Shown in pieces: positions 17,356-25,955 of a DNA stretch of 60,118 nt; the stretch's first letter is position 1; each line of letters starts with the position of its first letter. Position numbers and translations under genes: made by a program. The stretch is from Thermoplasmata archaeon (GTDB taxonomy: Archaea > Thermoplasmatota > Thermoplasmata > Lutacidiplasmatales > UBA184): the NCBI GenBank assembly GCA_038729445.1, contig JAVYSA010000003.1:1-60118 (forward strand), read 5' to 3'. Below the pieces are notes generated by a model that worked only from the letters and a program-made list of their open reading frames with translations, ran no database searches and was not told the DNA's origin.

Positions 17356-18330
17356 CTATGAGCGTTGTCGTCCGCCGGCCCCCTGCCTCCGCCGGATCTC
17401 CTCCACCACCCTCCGCGTCTCGGGCATCGCGAGGCCGTGGCGCTCTCCGGCGTCCAGGAGCGCCCCGGAGATCGCGTCGATCTCGGTCGGGCGGCCGTCG
17501 CGCAGGTCCTGGAGCATGCTCGAGAGGTTCTCCCGGGTGGACTCGACCGTGGCCCACAGGGCCCCGCGGGCGACGCCCCCGTCCAGCGGGTGACCGGCCG
17601 CCGCCGCCGCGGCGAGCGCCTCGCGCAGGAGGGTCTCGGCCCGGGCCCGGAGCTCTTCGCCGGCGATCGCGCCGTTCGGGCATCCCGTCAGGGCCGTGAG
17701 CGGGTTGATCACCGCGTTCACGACCGCCTTCGACCACAGCGCCGAGGCGAAGTCGGCGGGCCGGTCGACGGGGATTCCGGCCGAACGGAAGAGCCGTTCG
17801 AACGCCGCCGCGGCCTCGTCGCCGGGGGACTGCCCCGTCGCCGGGGGCAGGCGGAGCGTGCCGGTGCCCGCGTAGCGGACCCGGCCGGGGCCGAGCCAGG
17901 TCGACGGGATGGTGTGGACCGCCCGGACGAACCAGCGGGGATCGATCCCAGCCGGGCCCGCGCCCCGGGCGGCGCTCTCCTCGATCCCGAGGCCGTTCTG
18001 CGGAAGGAGGACCGGGCGGCCCGGGGCGATCGCCGAGGCGATCGACCGGCTGGCTTCCTCGACGTCGTAGCTCTTGACGGCCAGGATCACGAGGTCCGGC
18101 GCTGGCCCCCCGCCGAGCCCCACCCGGCTCCGCACGGGGTAGGTCCCCGCGGCGGTCCCTTCCACGACGATGCGGCCGCCGGCCGGAAGGCGACGGGTCC
18201 CGGGTCGGCCCACGAGGAGGACCTCATGCCCCGCGCGGGAGAGGAGGGCCGCCCAGAGGGTGCCGACCGCACCGGGCCCGACCACCGCGATCCGGGGCCG
18301 GGTCCCCTCAATGGAGGTTCCGGACGACAT
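17356..18330 (-). CDS. panE: 2-dehydropantoate 2-reductase (ketopantoate reductase, ApbA/PanE family)
   Basis: Rossmann N-terminus IAVVGPGAVGTLWAALLSRAGHEVLLVGR. C-terminal ApbA pattern (LWSKAVVNAVINPLTAL...SSMLQDLRDGRPTEID). Confidence 0.85.
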   Translation of the reverse strand: MSSGTSIEGTRPRIAVVGPGAVGTLWAALLSRAGHEVLLVGRPGTRRLPAGGRIVVEGTAAGTYPVRSRVGLGGGPAPDLVILAVKSYDVEEASRSIASAIAPGRPVLLPQNGLGIEESAARGAGPAGIDPRWFVRAVHTIPSTWLGPGRVRYAGTGTLRLPPATGQSPGDEAAAAFERLFRSAGIPVDRPADFASALWSKAVVNAVINPLTALTGCPNGAIAGEELRARAETLLREALAAAAAAGHPLDGGVARGALWATVESTRENLSSMLQDLRDGRPTEIDAISGALLDAGERHGLAMPETRRVVEEIRRRQGAGGRQRS

Positions 18331-18535
18331 CCCCCGCGCCCGGCCGCCCCGTCCAGTCCGCCTTGAGCTTGCGGATCAGGTCGTCGTAGTAGCGGACCTG
18401 CTCCCGGGCCCGGCGGATCTGGTCCTCGAGGTCCCGCTCCTCGCGGCGGAGGCGGTCGAGCTGCCGGGCCAACCGGTCGTGCTCCCGCCGGAGGGTCGCC
18501 TCCGGCTCAGTAGGAAGTCGGAGGGCGGGGGGCAC
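18308..18535 (-). CDS. Small coiled-coil protein (hypothetical)
   Basis: 75 aa, heptad-like and charged (LRREHDRLARQLDRLRREERDLEDQIRRAREQVRYYDDLIRKLKADW). Overlaps the panE start by 23 nt and the upstream coiled-coil ORF by 29 nt. Confidence 0.5.
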   Translation of the reverse strand: MPPALRLPTEPEATLRREHDRLARQLDRLRREERDLEDQIRRAREQVRYYDDLIRKLKADWTGRPGAGDVVRNLH

Positions 18536-18773
18536 GGATCACCTCCCCCCGGTCCATCGGGAGGCTGGAGGAACGGGCCGCGCGCAGGAGGCGCGTGATC
18601 CGGTCGAGCTCGCGTCCGAGCAGGGCCAGCCTCCGTTCGAGTTCGGCCCGCTGGGCCCGGATCTCCCCCAGCTGGGCCTGCAGTAGCGAGAGCCGCCGGC
18701 GCCACTTGTCCCGCTCGAGGCGGTTCACGAGGATCGGGTTCGAGTCGGGCACCGACCGGAAGGGGGTGCGCAT
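18507..18773 (-). CDS. Small coiled-coil protein (hypothetical), tandem partner of 18308..18535
   Basis: Trimmed to ATG 18771-18773 (MRTPFRSVPDSNPILVNRLERDKWRRRLSLLQAQLGEIRAQRAELERRLALLGRELDRITRLL), 88 aa. Confidence 0.5.
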   Translation of the reverse strand: MRTPFRSVPDSNPILVNRLERDKWRRRLSLLQAQLGEIRAQRAELERRLALLGRELDRITRLLRAARSSSLPMDRGEVIRAPRPPTSY

Positions 18774-18846
18774 CGGAATGAACCTTTCGCCCGAGCCGAA
18801 GCGGCGGCGGGGTGCCCTTTTAGCCGCCGCACCTCTGGCCCGGAGG

Positions 18847-19794
18847 ATGACCGCGTTGGGAAAGATCAGCATCCTCGGAGCCGGCAACATCGGCGGGTCC
18901 CTCGCCCAGAGGATCGCCGAGAGCGACCTCGCGCGCGAGGTGATGCTGCTCGACATCGTCGACGGCCTGCCGCAGGGCAAGGCGCTCGACATCGCCGAGT
19001 CCGCGCCGATCCTGGGGTTCTCGACCCGGGTCGAGGGCTCGACCGACCTGGCGGCGCTGCGGGACTCGGCCGTGGTCGTGGAGACCGCGGGGATCGCCCG
19101 CAAGCCGGGGATGAGCCGCTCGGATCTCCTGCAGGTCAACGCGAAGATCGTCCGCCAGCACGCGGAGGCGATCCGGGCCCATGCGCCGGACGCCGTGGTC
19201 GTGGTCGTCTCCAATCCGGTCGACGTGATGACCCACTACCTCCGCCAGGTCAGCGGCCTGCCGGCCGGCCGGGTCTTCGGCGAGTCGGGGACGCTCGACA
19301 CCGCCCGGTTCCGGACGTTCGTGGCGCAGGCGCTCGGCGTGGCCCCCCGCGACGTCATCGGCTTCGTCCTCGGGACGCACGGGGACACCATGGTCCCGAT
19401 CCTGTCCCTGACCAGCGTCAACGGGGTCCCGCTCTCCCGGCTCCTGCCGGCCGACCGGCTCCGCGAGATCGTCCGCCGCACCCAGAACGGGGGCGGCGAG
19501 ATCGTGAACCTGCTCAAGACCGGCAGCGCCTTCTACGCGCCCTCCGCGAGCCAGATGGAGCTCGTCCGCGCCGTCGCGCGGGACGAGCACCGGCTCCTCC
19601 CGGTGACGACCCTGCTCGCCGGCGAGTTCGGCGAGAGGGACATCACCATCGGCGTCCCTGCGGTGATTGGCCGGCGGGGCGTGGAGCGGATTGTCGAGAT
19701 CGACCTGACCGCCGAGGAGCGGGCGTCCTTCGACGCGAGCATCCGGGCCGTCCGGTCCGACCTTGCCGTCCTCTCCGGAATCGGGTCCGGGTGA
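18847..19794 (+). CDS. mdh: Malate dehydrogenase (LDH-like MDH family)
   Basis: Start trimmed to ATG 18847 (MTALGKISILGAGNIGGSLA). Also GIARKPGMSRSDLL, VVSNPVD and the catalytic GTHGDTMVP. Confidence 0.93.
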   Translation: MTALGKISILGAGNIGGSLAQRIAESDLAREVMLLDIVDGLPQGKALDIAESAPILGFSTRVEGSTDLAALRDSAVVVETAGIARKPGMSRSDLLQVNAKIVRQHAEAIRAHAPDAVVVVVSNPVDVMTHYLRQVSGLPAGRVFGESGTLDTARFRTFVAQALGVAPRDVIGFVLGTHGDTMVPILSLTSVNGVPLSRLLPADRLREIVRRTQNGGGEIVNLLKTGSAFYAPSASQMELVRAVARDEHRLLPVTTLLAGEFGERDITIGVPAVIGRRGVERIVEIDLTAEERASFDASIRAVRSDLAVLSGIGSG

Positions 19795-20117
19795 GGGGGG
19801 ACCCCGCACCCATGCCCGGGACGGAGGAGCCGATCGGGCCGATCGACATCAAGCGCCGGCTCGGCACGCTCCGCTACACGACGGACGCCAAGGAACGGGC
19901 CCACATCACCGTCCAGCCGGCGATCTGCGCGGCGTGCCCGCACTCCCGATGCACGATCGTCTGCCCCGCGAAGTGCTACGAGCGGATCGAGGGGCGGCTC
20001 GTCTTCCGCTACGAGGACTGCGTCGAGTGCGGGGCCTGCGACATCGCGTGCGACCGGGGCTCGGTCCGCTGGACCTTCCCGCGCGGGGGCTACGGCGTCC
20101 GCTACGCCTTCGGCTGA
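19791..20117 (+). CDS. fixX: FixX-like ferredoxin-type protein
   Basis: FixX pattern: HITVQPAICAACPHSRCTIVCPAKCYE...FRYEDCVECGACDIAC...WTFPRGGYGVRYAFG. GTGA overlap with the mdh stop (alternative ATG 19812). Confidence 0.8.
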   Translation: MRGDPAPMPGTEEPIGPIDIKRRLGTLRYTTDAKERAHITVQPAICAACPHSRCTIVCPAKCYERIEGRLVFRYEDCVECGACDIACDRGSVRWTFPRGGYGVRYAFG

Positions 20118-20184
20118 ACCGCCCCCGGTTTCCGCTCCACCGGTAGGTTAAAGCCCTCCGGGCCGCCTCGTACGGCGATCCGCC

Positions 20185-22266
20185 GTGACGGCCTCTCCGA
20201 CCCCCCCCGCTCCGGCGGCGCCGGAGTTCGCGCTCTTCCCCTACCGGCCGCGCCCCGGCCAGGACGCCCTGGTCCGGGCGGTCGGATCCGCCGCCGCCTC
20301 CGGCGGTTCGCTCCTGGTCCAGGCCGCGACGGGGAGCGGCAAGACGGTGGGCGCCCTTGCCCCCCTCCTGGCCCACGCGATCCGGGAGGATCACCGGATC
20401 GTCTATCTCGTGCGGACCCACGCCCAAGAGGTCCAGGTCCTCAACGAGGCCCGAGCGATCTCCCACCGCGTCGCGGAGCCTCCCCTTGTCCTCGGCCTCG
20501 CCGGCCGCGCGAAGCGGTGCCTGCTCCTCGAGGGGGTCGCCGAGGTCCAGGGGGCGACCGCCGAGGAGCACGGCCAGCTCTGCGCCGATCGGAGGCGGGC
20601 GACCGAGTCGGCGTTCGCCTCGGGCCAGCTCCTGGAGCCCCCGGCCGAGCTTCCGGACGGCGCGGTCGTCGACCTGGTCGACCTCGACGGCTGCGCCTAC
20701 TACGCCCGGGTCCTCCAGGCCGACACCGCGGCGTTCGCCGATCGGGTGCGGGCGCGGTTCCCGAGCCCCCCGGAGTTCGACGGCTGGTGCGCCGGGGAGA
20801 ACCTGTGCCCCTACGAGATGACGAAGCGCCTCCTTCCGGCCGCGCGGGTCGTGACGGCCCCGTACGCCTTCTTCTTCCACCCGCACGTCCGCCGCTCGCT
20901 CCTCCGGTGGCTCGAGGTCGCCCCGGACCGGATCGATGTCGTGATCGACGAGGCCCACCAGCTGCCCGAGTACCTCCGGGAGCTGACGAGCGTCTCCCTC
21001 CCCCTGACGAGCGTCCGCCGGGCCGAGCGGGAGGTAGAGGAGCGCGGGGATTTCCAGCTGCCGGACGGGCCGAGCGCCTCGCGGTTCCTCGCGATCGTCC
21101 GCGCTGCCATCGAGGAGATCCTTCAGGCACTGGTCCGGGAGGAGGACGCGCTCATGCCCCCCTCACTGCTGGAGGAGGCACTTCTGACCAGCCTCGGCGG
21201 GACCAGCCACCGTCTCGACACCTGGCTCGGGGCCCTGGCGACCTGGGGGGAGAACCTCAAGGAGGAGCGGCGCCGGGAACGTCGGCTGCCGCGCTCTTGG
21301 GTCCACGCTGTCGCCCTGACCCTGCTGTCGTGGCCGGGATTGGAGGAGCCGGCGTACGCGAAGGTCGCCACCCGGAGCCCCCGGCCGGGGCTGGAGGCGT
21401 TCAGCCTGGACGCGGCGGAGCCCGCCTCTGCCCTGAGGGCCTGCCACGCGGTCGTCCACATGTCGGGCACCTTGGCCCCGATCGACGAGTACCGCCGGTC
21501 CCTCTCCCTTCCGGAGGAGACCCCGTCGGTCACGGTCCCATCGCCGTTCCCCCCCGGGAACGTCCGGTACCTCTACGACCCGTCGGTCACCACGCGATAC
21601 GAGACGCTGCAGACGAATCCGGACGCCGTGGGCCAGCTTGCCGACCGCATCGCGCATGTCCTCCAGTGCCTTCCGGTCAAGACCGCCGTCTTCTTCCCGA
21701 GCTTCGATCTTCTCGACCGGATCCTCCGCGCCGGCCTCCAGTCGTCCCTGCCGCCGAACTCCGTCCGGGAGCACCCGAGCGTGAGCCCGGGGGACCTGTG
21801 GCGGGCGATCGAGGGGTTCAAGCGGGATCCCGGCGCCGGGGCGATCCTCGGCGTCGCGGGCGGACGGATCTCGGAGGGCCTCGACTTCCCCGATCAGGAG
21901 CTCGAGGCCGTCGTCCTGGTCGGGATCCCCTACCCCCGCCCGACGGCACGGCGGGAGGCCCTGCGGCGGTGGTTCGACGCCCGGGGCACCGACGGCTGGC
22001 GAGCCGCCTACGAGGCGCCGGCCCAGCGGGCGATCGCGCAGGCGATCGGCCGGATGATCCGCACCGAACACGACCGGGGGCTGGCGGTGATCCTCGACCG
22101 GCGGGCGCCCTCCTTCGCGGGCGTCCTACCGGGCCTCGGGCCGATGGACGACCTGGCCCGGACGGCCCGGTCGTTCTACGGGAACCGGAGCCGCTGGGCC
22201 CGTCGGGACCCCTCCGACAACCCGTCGGCCCCCTCCGGCACGCCGGCGGGGGACCCGCAACCCTAA
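20185..22266 (+). CDS. xpd: XPD/Rad3-family (DinG-like) ATP-dependent DNA helicase with Fe-S domain
   Basis: Walker A QAATGSGKT and DEAH box VVIDEAHQL. Four Cys in the arch/FeS region (KRCLLL, QLCADR, DGCAYY, NLCPYE). C-terminal helicase motifs (GGRISEGLDF, QAIGRMIR). Confidence 0.9.
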   Translation: MTASPTPPAPAAPEFALFPYRPRPGQDALVRAVGSAAASGGSLLVQAATGSGKTVGALAPLLAHAIREDHRIVYLVRTHAQEVQVLNEARAISHRVAEPPLVLGLAGRAKRCLLLEGVAEVQGATAEEHGQLCADRRRATESAFASGQLLEPPAELPDGAVVDLVDLDGCAYYARVLQADTAAFADRVRARFPSPPEFDGWCAGENLCPYEMTKRLLPAARVVTAPYAFFFHPHVRRSLLRWLEVAPDRIDVVIDEAHQLPEYLRELTSVSLPLTSVRRAEREVEERGDFQLPDGPSASRFLAIVRAAIEEILQALVREEDALMPPSLLEEALLTSLGGTSHRLDTWLGALATWGENLKEERRRERRLPRSWVHAVALTLLSWPGLEEPAYAKVATRSPRPGLEAFSLDAAEPASALRACHAVVHMSGTLAPIDEYRRSLSLPEETPSVTVPSPFPPGNVRYLYDPSVTTRYETLQTNPDAVGQLADRIAHVLQCLPVKTAVFFPSFDLLDRILRAGLQSSLPPNSVREHPSVSPGDLWRAIEGFKRDPGAGAILGVAGGRISEGLDFPDQELEAVVLVGIPYPRPTARREALRRWFDARGTDGWRAAYEAPAQRAIAQAIGRMIRTEHDRGLAVILDRRAPSFAGVLPGLGPMDDLARTARSFYGNRSRWARRDPSDNPSAPSGTPAGDPQP

Positions 22267-23268
22267 GTGCGGTCCCGGACTCCGACCCCCGTGATCATCA
22301 CGCGCACGCCGCTGCGCATCAGCTTCGCCGGCGGCGGGACCGACCTTCCCTCCTACTACCGGGCCCATGGGGGTGGGGCGGTCGCCAGCGCGGCGATCGA
22401 CCGGTACATCCATGTGCTGGCCTCGCCGAAGTTCGACCAGAGGATCCGGGCCGCCTACTCCCGGACCGAGAACGTCGAGCATCTCGACGAGCTCCAGCAC
22501 GGCCTCATCCGGGAGGCGATGCGGACGACCGGGGTCACCACGGGCGTTGAGATCCACACGGTCGCCGACATCCCGAGCGAGGGGACGGGCCTCGGGTCCT
22601 CCTCCAGCCTGACGGTCGGCCTCCTGCAGGCGCTCTACGCCTACCGGGGGATCCTCAAGGGACCCGGGGAGCTGGCCGAGGAGGCCTGCCGGATCGAGAT
22701 CGACCGCCTGGGCGGGAGCCTGGGCAAGCAGGATCAGTACATCGCGGCCTTCGGCGGGATCCAGTACTTCGAGTTCCTCCCCGACGACAGCGTCCGGGTC
22801 ATGCCGATCCCGCTGGCGCCGGCGCAGCGGGAGGACCTCGTCCGCCACCTGTCGATCTTCTACACGGGGGCGACGCGCCAGGCCCAGGGGATCCTTCAGA
22901 GCCAGAGCGCGCGGACGGAGGCGAACGTGGAGTCGCTCGACCGGCTCCGCGGGCTCGCGGCCGAGGCCCGCGACGCGCTGGTCGGCCGGGATTGGGCCCG
23001 GCTCGGGGGAGTCCTGGACGAGGGCTGGCACCTGAAGCGGGGCCTTGCCTCGGGGATCTCCAACCCGGGGATCGACGAGCGGTACGCCGCGGCCAAGGAG
23101 GCCGGAGCGTGGGGAGGGAAGATCGCGGGGGCCGGCGGGGGCGGCTTCCTGGTGCTCCTGCATCCCCCCGAGGCCCGCCGCAAGATAGAAGAGGCCCTCC
23201 GGCCCATGCCCCGGACGCCGATCGGCATCAGCGCCGAGGGCTCGCGGATTCTCTTCGTGGGGCGATGA
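22267..23268 (+). CDS. GHMP-family sugar kinase, D-glycero-D-manno-heptose 7-phosphate kinase (HddA)-like
   Basis: RTPLRISFAGGGTDLPSYY N-terminus, GHMP motif PSEGTGLGSSSSLTVGLL and a C-terminal GAGGGGFL. GTG immediately follows the xpd TAA. The substrate assignment rests on the adjacent gmhA. Confidence 0.85.
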   Translation: MRSRTPTPVIITRTPLRISFAGGGTDLPSYYRAHGGGAVASAAIDRYIHVLASPKFDQRIRAAYSRTENVEHLDELQHGLIREAMRTTGVTTGVEIHTVADIPSEGTGLGSSSSLTVGLLQALYAYRGILKGPGELAEEACRIEIDRLGGSLGKQDQYIAAFGGIQYFEFLPDDSVRVMPIPLAPAQREDLVRHLSIFYTGATRQAQGILQSQSARTEANVESLDRLRGLAAEARDALVGRDWARLGGVLDEGWHLKRGLASGISNPGIDERYAAAKEAGAWGGKIAGAGGGGFLVLLHPPEARRKIEEALRPMPRTPIGISAEGSRILFVGR

Positions 23269-23876
23269 GCGGACACACTCCGGACGGGCTCGAGCGGTAC
23301 GTGCACCGGTACCTCGAGGAGACGAAGGCGGCGATCGACGAACCGTACCTCCAGGAGGCGTTCCGGCGGATCGTTCCGGAGCTCCTGCGGGCCCGGCGCG
23401 AGGGGCGCACGATCTTCTTCTTCGGCAACGGCGGCAGCGCCTCGACGGCCTCCCACTTTGTCACGGACATCGCGAAGTCGACCATGCGATCGCCGCCGTT
23501 CCCGAAGCGGCGGTTCCGCTGCCTCGCCCTCAACGACAACACCCCGGGCGTCACGGCGTGGGCGAACGATGCCGACTACTCCGTGGTCTTCGCCGAGCAG
23601 CTGAGGGCGCTCGCCCAGCGGGGGGACGTCGCGGTGGCGATCTCGGGGAGCGGCAACTCGCCGAACGTGCTGCGGGCGGTCGAGGCGGCGCGGGAGCTCG
23701 GGCTCTTCACGATCGGGCTCACCGGCATCGGCGGCGGGAAGCTCAAGTCGATGGTCGACGTGCCCGTGGTGGTCCCGTCCCCCTCGATGCAGCACACGGA
23801 GGACGTCCACCTCATGATCTGCCACATCCTGACCGCCTACTTCCGCGACGAGGTCCCCCCCGAGCCCGACGCATGA
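23265..23876 (+). CDS. gmhA: SIS-domain phosphoheptose isomerase (GmhA-like)
   Basis: Trimmed to ATG 23265 (ATGA overlap with the kinase stop). Motifs FFFGNGGSASTASHF, AISGSGNSPNV and LTGIGGGKL. Confidence 0.88.
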   Translation: MSGHTPDGLERYVHRYLEETKAAIDEPYLQEAFRRIVPELLRARREGRTIFFFGNGGSASTASHFVTDIAKSTMRSPPFPKRRFRCLALNDNTPGVTAWANDADYSVVFAEQLRALAQRGDVAVAISGSGNSPNVLRAVEAARELGLFTIGLTGIGGGKLKSMVDVPVVVPSPSMQHTEDVHLMICHILTAYFRDEVPPEPDA

Positions 23877-24703
23877 GCCCGGTGCTTGTCCGGGACTACA
23901 TGGTCCTGAGCGTCGAGCACGTCCGGGACTCGGCCCCGATCGGCGACGTCATCGAGAAGGTCCTGCGCAGCCGGCACCACGGGTTCCCCGTGACGGACGT
24001 CGACGGACGGCTCGTCGGGTTCGTCAGCACGAAGGAGCTCTTGCGCGCCCGTCACCGACCGCAGGAGCCGCTCCGCTCGATCCTGCGGGCGGGCACCTAC
24101 ACCGCGACGCCCGAGACCGCCCTGGACGACGCGGCCCGGGTGATGTTCCGCTACGGCCTGCGCGACCTGCCGATCGTCGACCGGGAGGGGAAGCTCTGCG
24201 GCATCCTCTCGAACCTCGACATCGTCCGGTCCCACTTCGAGCGGGCCAGCCCGGCGAAGGCCGACACCCTGAAGCAGCTGCTCGCCGAGCGCTACGGCCT
24301 GCGCTTCTCCTATCGGCGGGGCACCGTGCCCCTCGATCGCCTCCGACCGACCCAGGCGAAGGTCTTCGAGGACGAGCTCGAAGGGCGCCGCTACGAGCTC
24401 GAGCGCGGGTTCGCCGAGCCGCTCCTGGTCCTGGAGAAGGGGGAGCAGTGGATCCTGATCGACGGGCACCACCGCGCGCTGGCGGCCCGGGAGATCGGCC
24501 TGGTCCAGCTCCAGGCGTTCATCCTCCACTGCGAGGAGCCCGAGAAGTTCGCGCACATCGAGACGGGGCTCGAGCGGACGGCCCGGGAGCACCACCTCGC
24601 GACCTTGGCGGATGTGGCGATCGACCGGACGAGCCACCACCCCCTGGTGGAGGTGACAACCCAGCTGCTGCGCCGGTTCGAGCTCCCCGACGTCTCCTAC
24701 TGA
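23873..24703 (+). CDS. CBS-pair + ParB/Srx-like domain fusion protein
   Basis: Trimmed to ATG 23873 (ATGA overlap with the gmhA stop). Two CBS motifs (VRDYMVLSVEHV...GFPVTDVDGRLVGFVS; ...DLPIVDREGKLCGILSNLDIV). These are followed by a ParB N-terminal-type core (LRPTQ...PLLVLEKGEQWILIDGHHRALAAREIG). Confidence 0.8.
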   Translation: MSPVLVRDYMVLSVEHVRDSAPIGDVIEKVLRSRHHGFPVTDVDGRLVGFVSTKELLRARHRPQEPLRSILRAGTYTATPETALDDAARVMFRYGLRDLPIVDREGKLCGILSNLDIVRSHFERASPAKADTLKQLLAERYGLRFSYRRGTVPLDRLRPTQAKVFEDELEGRRYELERGFAEPLLVLEKGEQWILIDGHHRALAAREIGLVQLQAFILHCEEPEKFAHIETGLERTAREHHLATLADVAIDRTSHHPLVEVTTQLLRRFELPDVSY

Positions 24704-24719
24704 GGCGGGCCGAGGGGGA

Positions 24720-24738
24720 TTCGTACACTACCGATATC
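24720..24738 (+). promoter_or_regulatory. Shared respiratory promoter element TTCGTAC-N-CTAC-N-GATAT(C)
   Basis: ATTCGTACACTACCGATATC lies 35 nt upstream of GTG 24773. It matches 16 of 20 positions of the minus-strand sequence upstream of the cox operon (26645..26664). Confidence 0.55.
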
Positions 24739-24772
24739 AACCGCCCTTCCGTCGAACGCGGCCGGAGCCTCC

Positions 24773-25822
24773 GTGACGATCGGGCCGAAACCGCCCCGCC
24801 ACCGGGTCTGGGCGCGGGGCGCCCCTTGGTGCATCGCCGGGGCGATCCTCGTGGTCGCCGCCCTGGCCGGGCCGCTCTCGGGCCCCGTCCACTTCTCCGC
24901 GGGGGTGCCCGTGGGGCGGGCCCACGCCGTGCCGGCCGGCCCTCCCCCCCGGACGGTCATCGTGGTGAACATGACGGATGCCCCCGCGTTCGTCCCGAGC
25001 CGGATCTCCGTCGACTCCGGCGCCAACGTCACGCTGCACCTCGTCAACGAGGGGAACTACACCCACACGTTCACGCTCGCCCGCCAGGCCGGCGTCACCC
25101 TCTCCCGATCGTGGACTCCGGCCCAGCTGGACAGCTACTTCGCCCAGAACGGTTCGTTCGTCAATGTCTCGGTCGCCGCCGGCGCCTCGGCCAACGCGAG
25201 CTTCCTCGCGCCGGTCGCGACGGCCCCCCTTGCCTTCACCTACGTGTCGCTGGTGCCCTACCAGTTCCAGGCCGGCATGGCCGGCACGCTGACCGTCAAG
25301 CCGACGATCGGGGGGAACGCCACGCTCAGCGACAACACGACGGACGCCCTCTCGTTCGTCCCCAGCGCCTTGGCGCTCAACTCGAGCGGCATCCGCTTCC
25401 CCATCAACGTCACGATCACCGTCACGAACCTGGGGGGCCTCGTCCACACCTGGTCGCTCGTGCCCCAGCCGGGCGTCAACGTGACCCCCTCGAACTTCTC
25501 GAGCTACTTCGGCGTCCATCCTGCGCTCGCGAACCTCACCGTCCCCTCCAACGGCGCGGTGACCGGCTCGTTCGTCGTCTCGCAGCCGGGCGTGTACATG
25601 TTCATCTGCGAGGAGCCCGGACACTTCCAGAACGGCATGTACGGGTTCCTCTACGTCGACGTGCCGGTGCCACCCCCGGTCGTGGTCTCGACCGCGATCG
25701 TCTCCGCGTGGGTCCTCGCGGTCGCCCTCGGCCTGATCGGGATCGGCGCGATCCTGGCGACCGTCACGGCCTACACGGGCCGGTTCCCGAAGCCTCCGAA
25801 GCCGGGGGATGGCCACCACTAG
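24773..25822 (+). CDS. Membrane-anchored tandem cupredoxin protein (sulfocyanin/halocyanin-like); domain 2 has a type-1 Cu site, domain 1 is degenerate
   Basis: Domain 2 ligands: VHTWS ... FICEEPGHFQNGMYG (H, C, H, M). The aligned loop in domain 1 is YVSLVPYQFQAGMAG (C to S, H to Q). N-terminal TM/signal and C-terminal TM (VVVSTAIVSAWVLAVALGLIGIGAIL). About 12 N-x-S/T sequons. Confidence 0.8.
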   Translation: MTIGPKPPRHRVWARGAPWCIAGAILVVAALAGPLSGPVHFSAGVPVGRAHAVPAGPPPRTVIVVNMTDAPAFVPSRISVDSGANVTLHLVNEGNYTHTFTLARQAGVTLSRSWTPAQLDSYFAQNGSFVNVSVAAGASANASFLAPVATAPLAFTYVSLVPYQFQAGMAGTLTVKPTIGGNATLSDNTTDALSFVPSALALNSSGIRFPINVTITVTNLGGLVHTWSLVPQPGVNVTPSNFSSYFGVHPALANLTVPSNGAVTGSFVVSQPGVYMFICEEPGHFQNGMYGFLYVDVPVPPPVVVSTAIVSAWVLAVALGLIGIGAILATVTAYTGRFPKPPKPGDGHH

Positions 25823-25955
25823 GGCGTGCGCTCCTGCCAGCCCAGACGGGGCCTTCCGCCGCCGGGCGGGCCCGGCCCATCCCAACGGTCCTCCGGTCGG
25901 ACCCTTCCGCTCCTCCCGCGGAGCGCGGGGGGGGGCGGCCCGGGTCCAGGCGGGA

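Noticed and set aside
25601-25645. A 45-nt segment that is 40/45 identical to 27204..27248. It looked like a dispersed repeat.
   Set aside because: Both copies encode the type-1 copper loop (FIC[E/A]EPGHFQ[N/S]GMYG) of paralogous cupredoxins. Strong codon bias plus functional constraint explains the nucleotide identity. Flanking sequence is not repeated.
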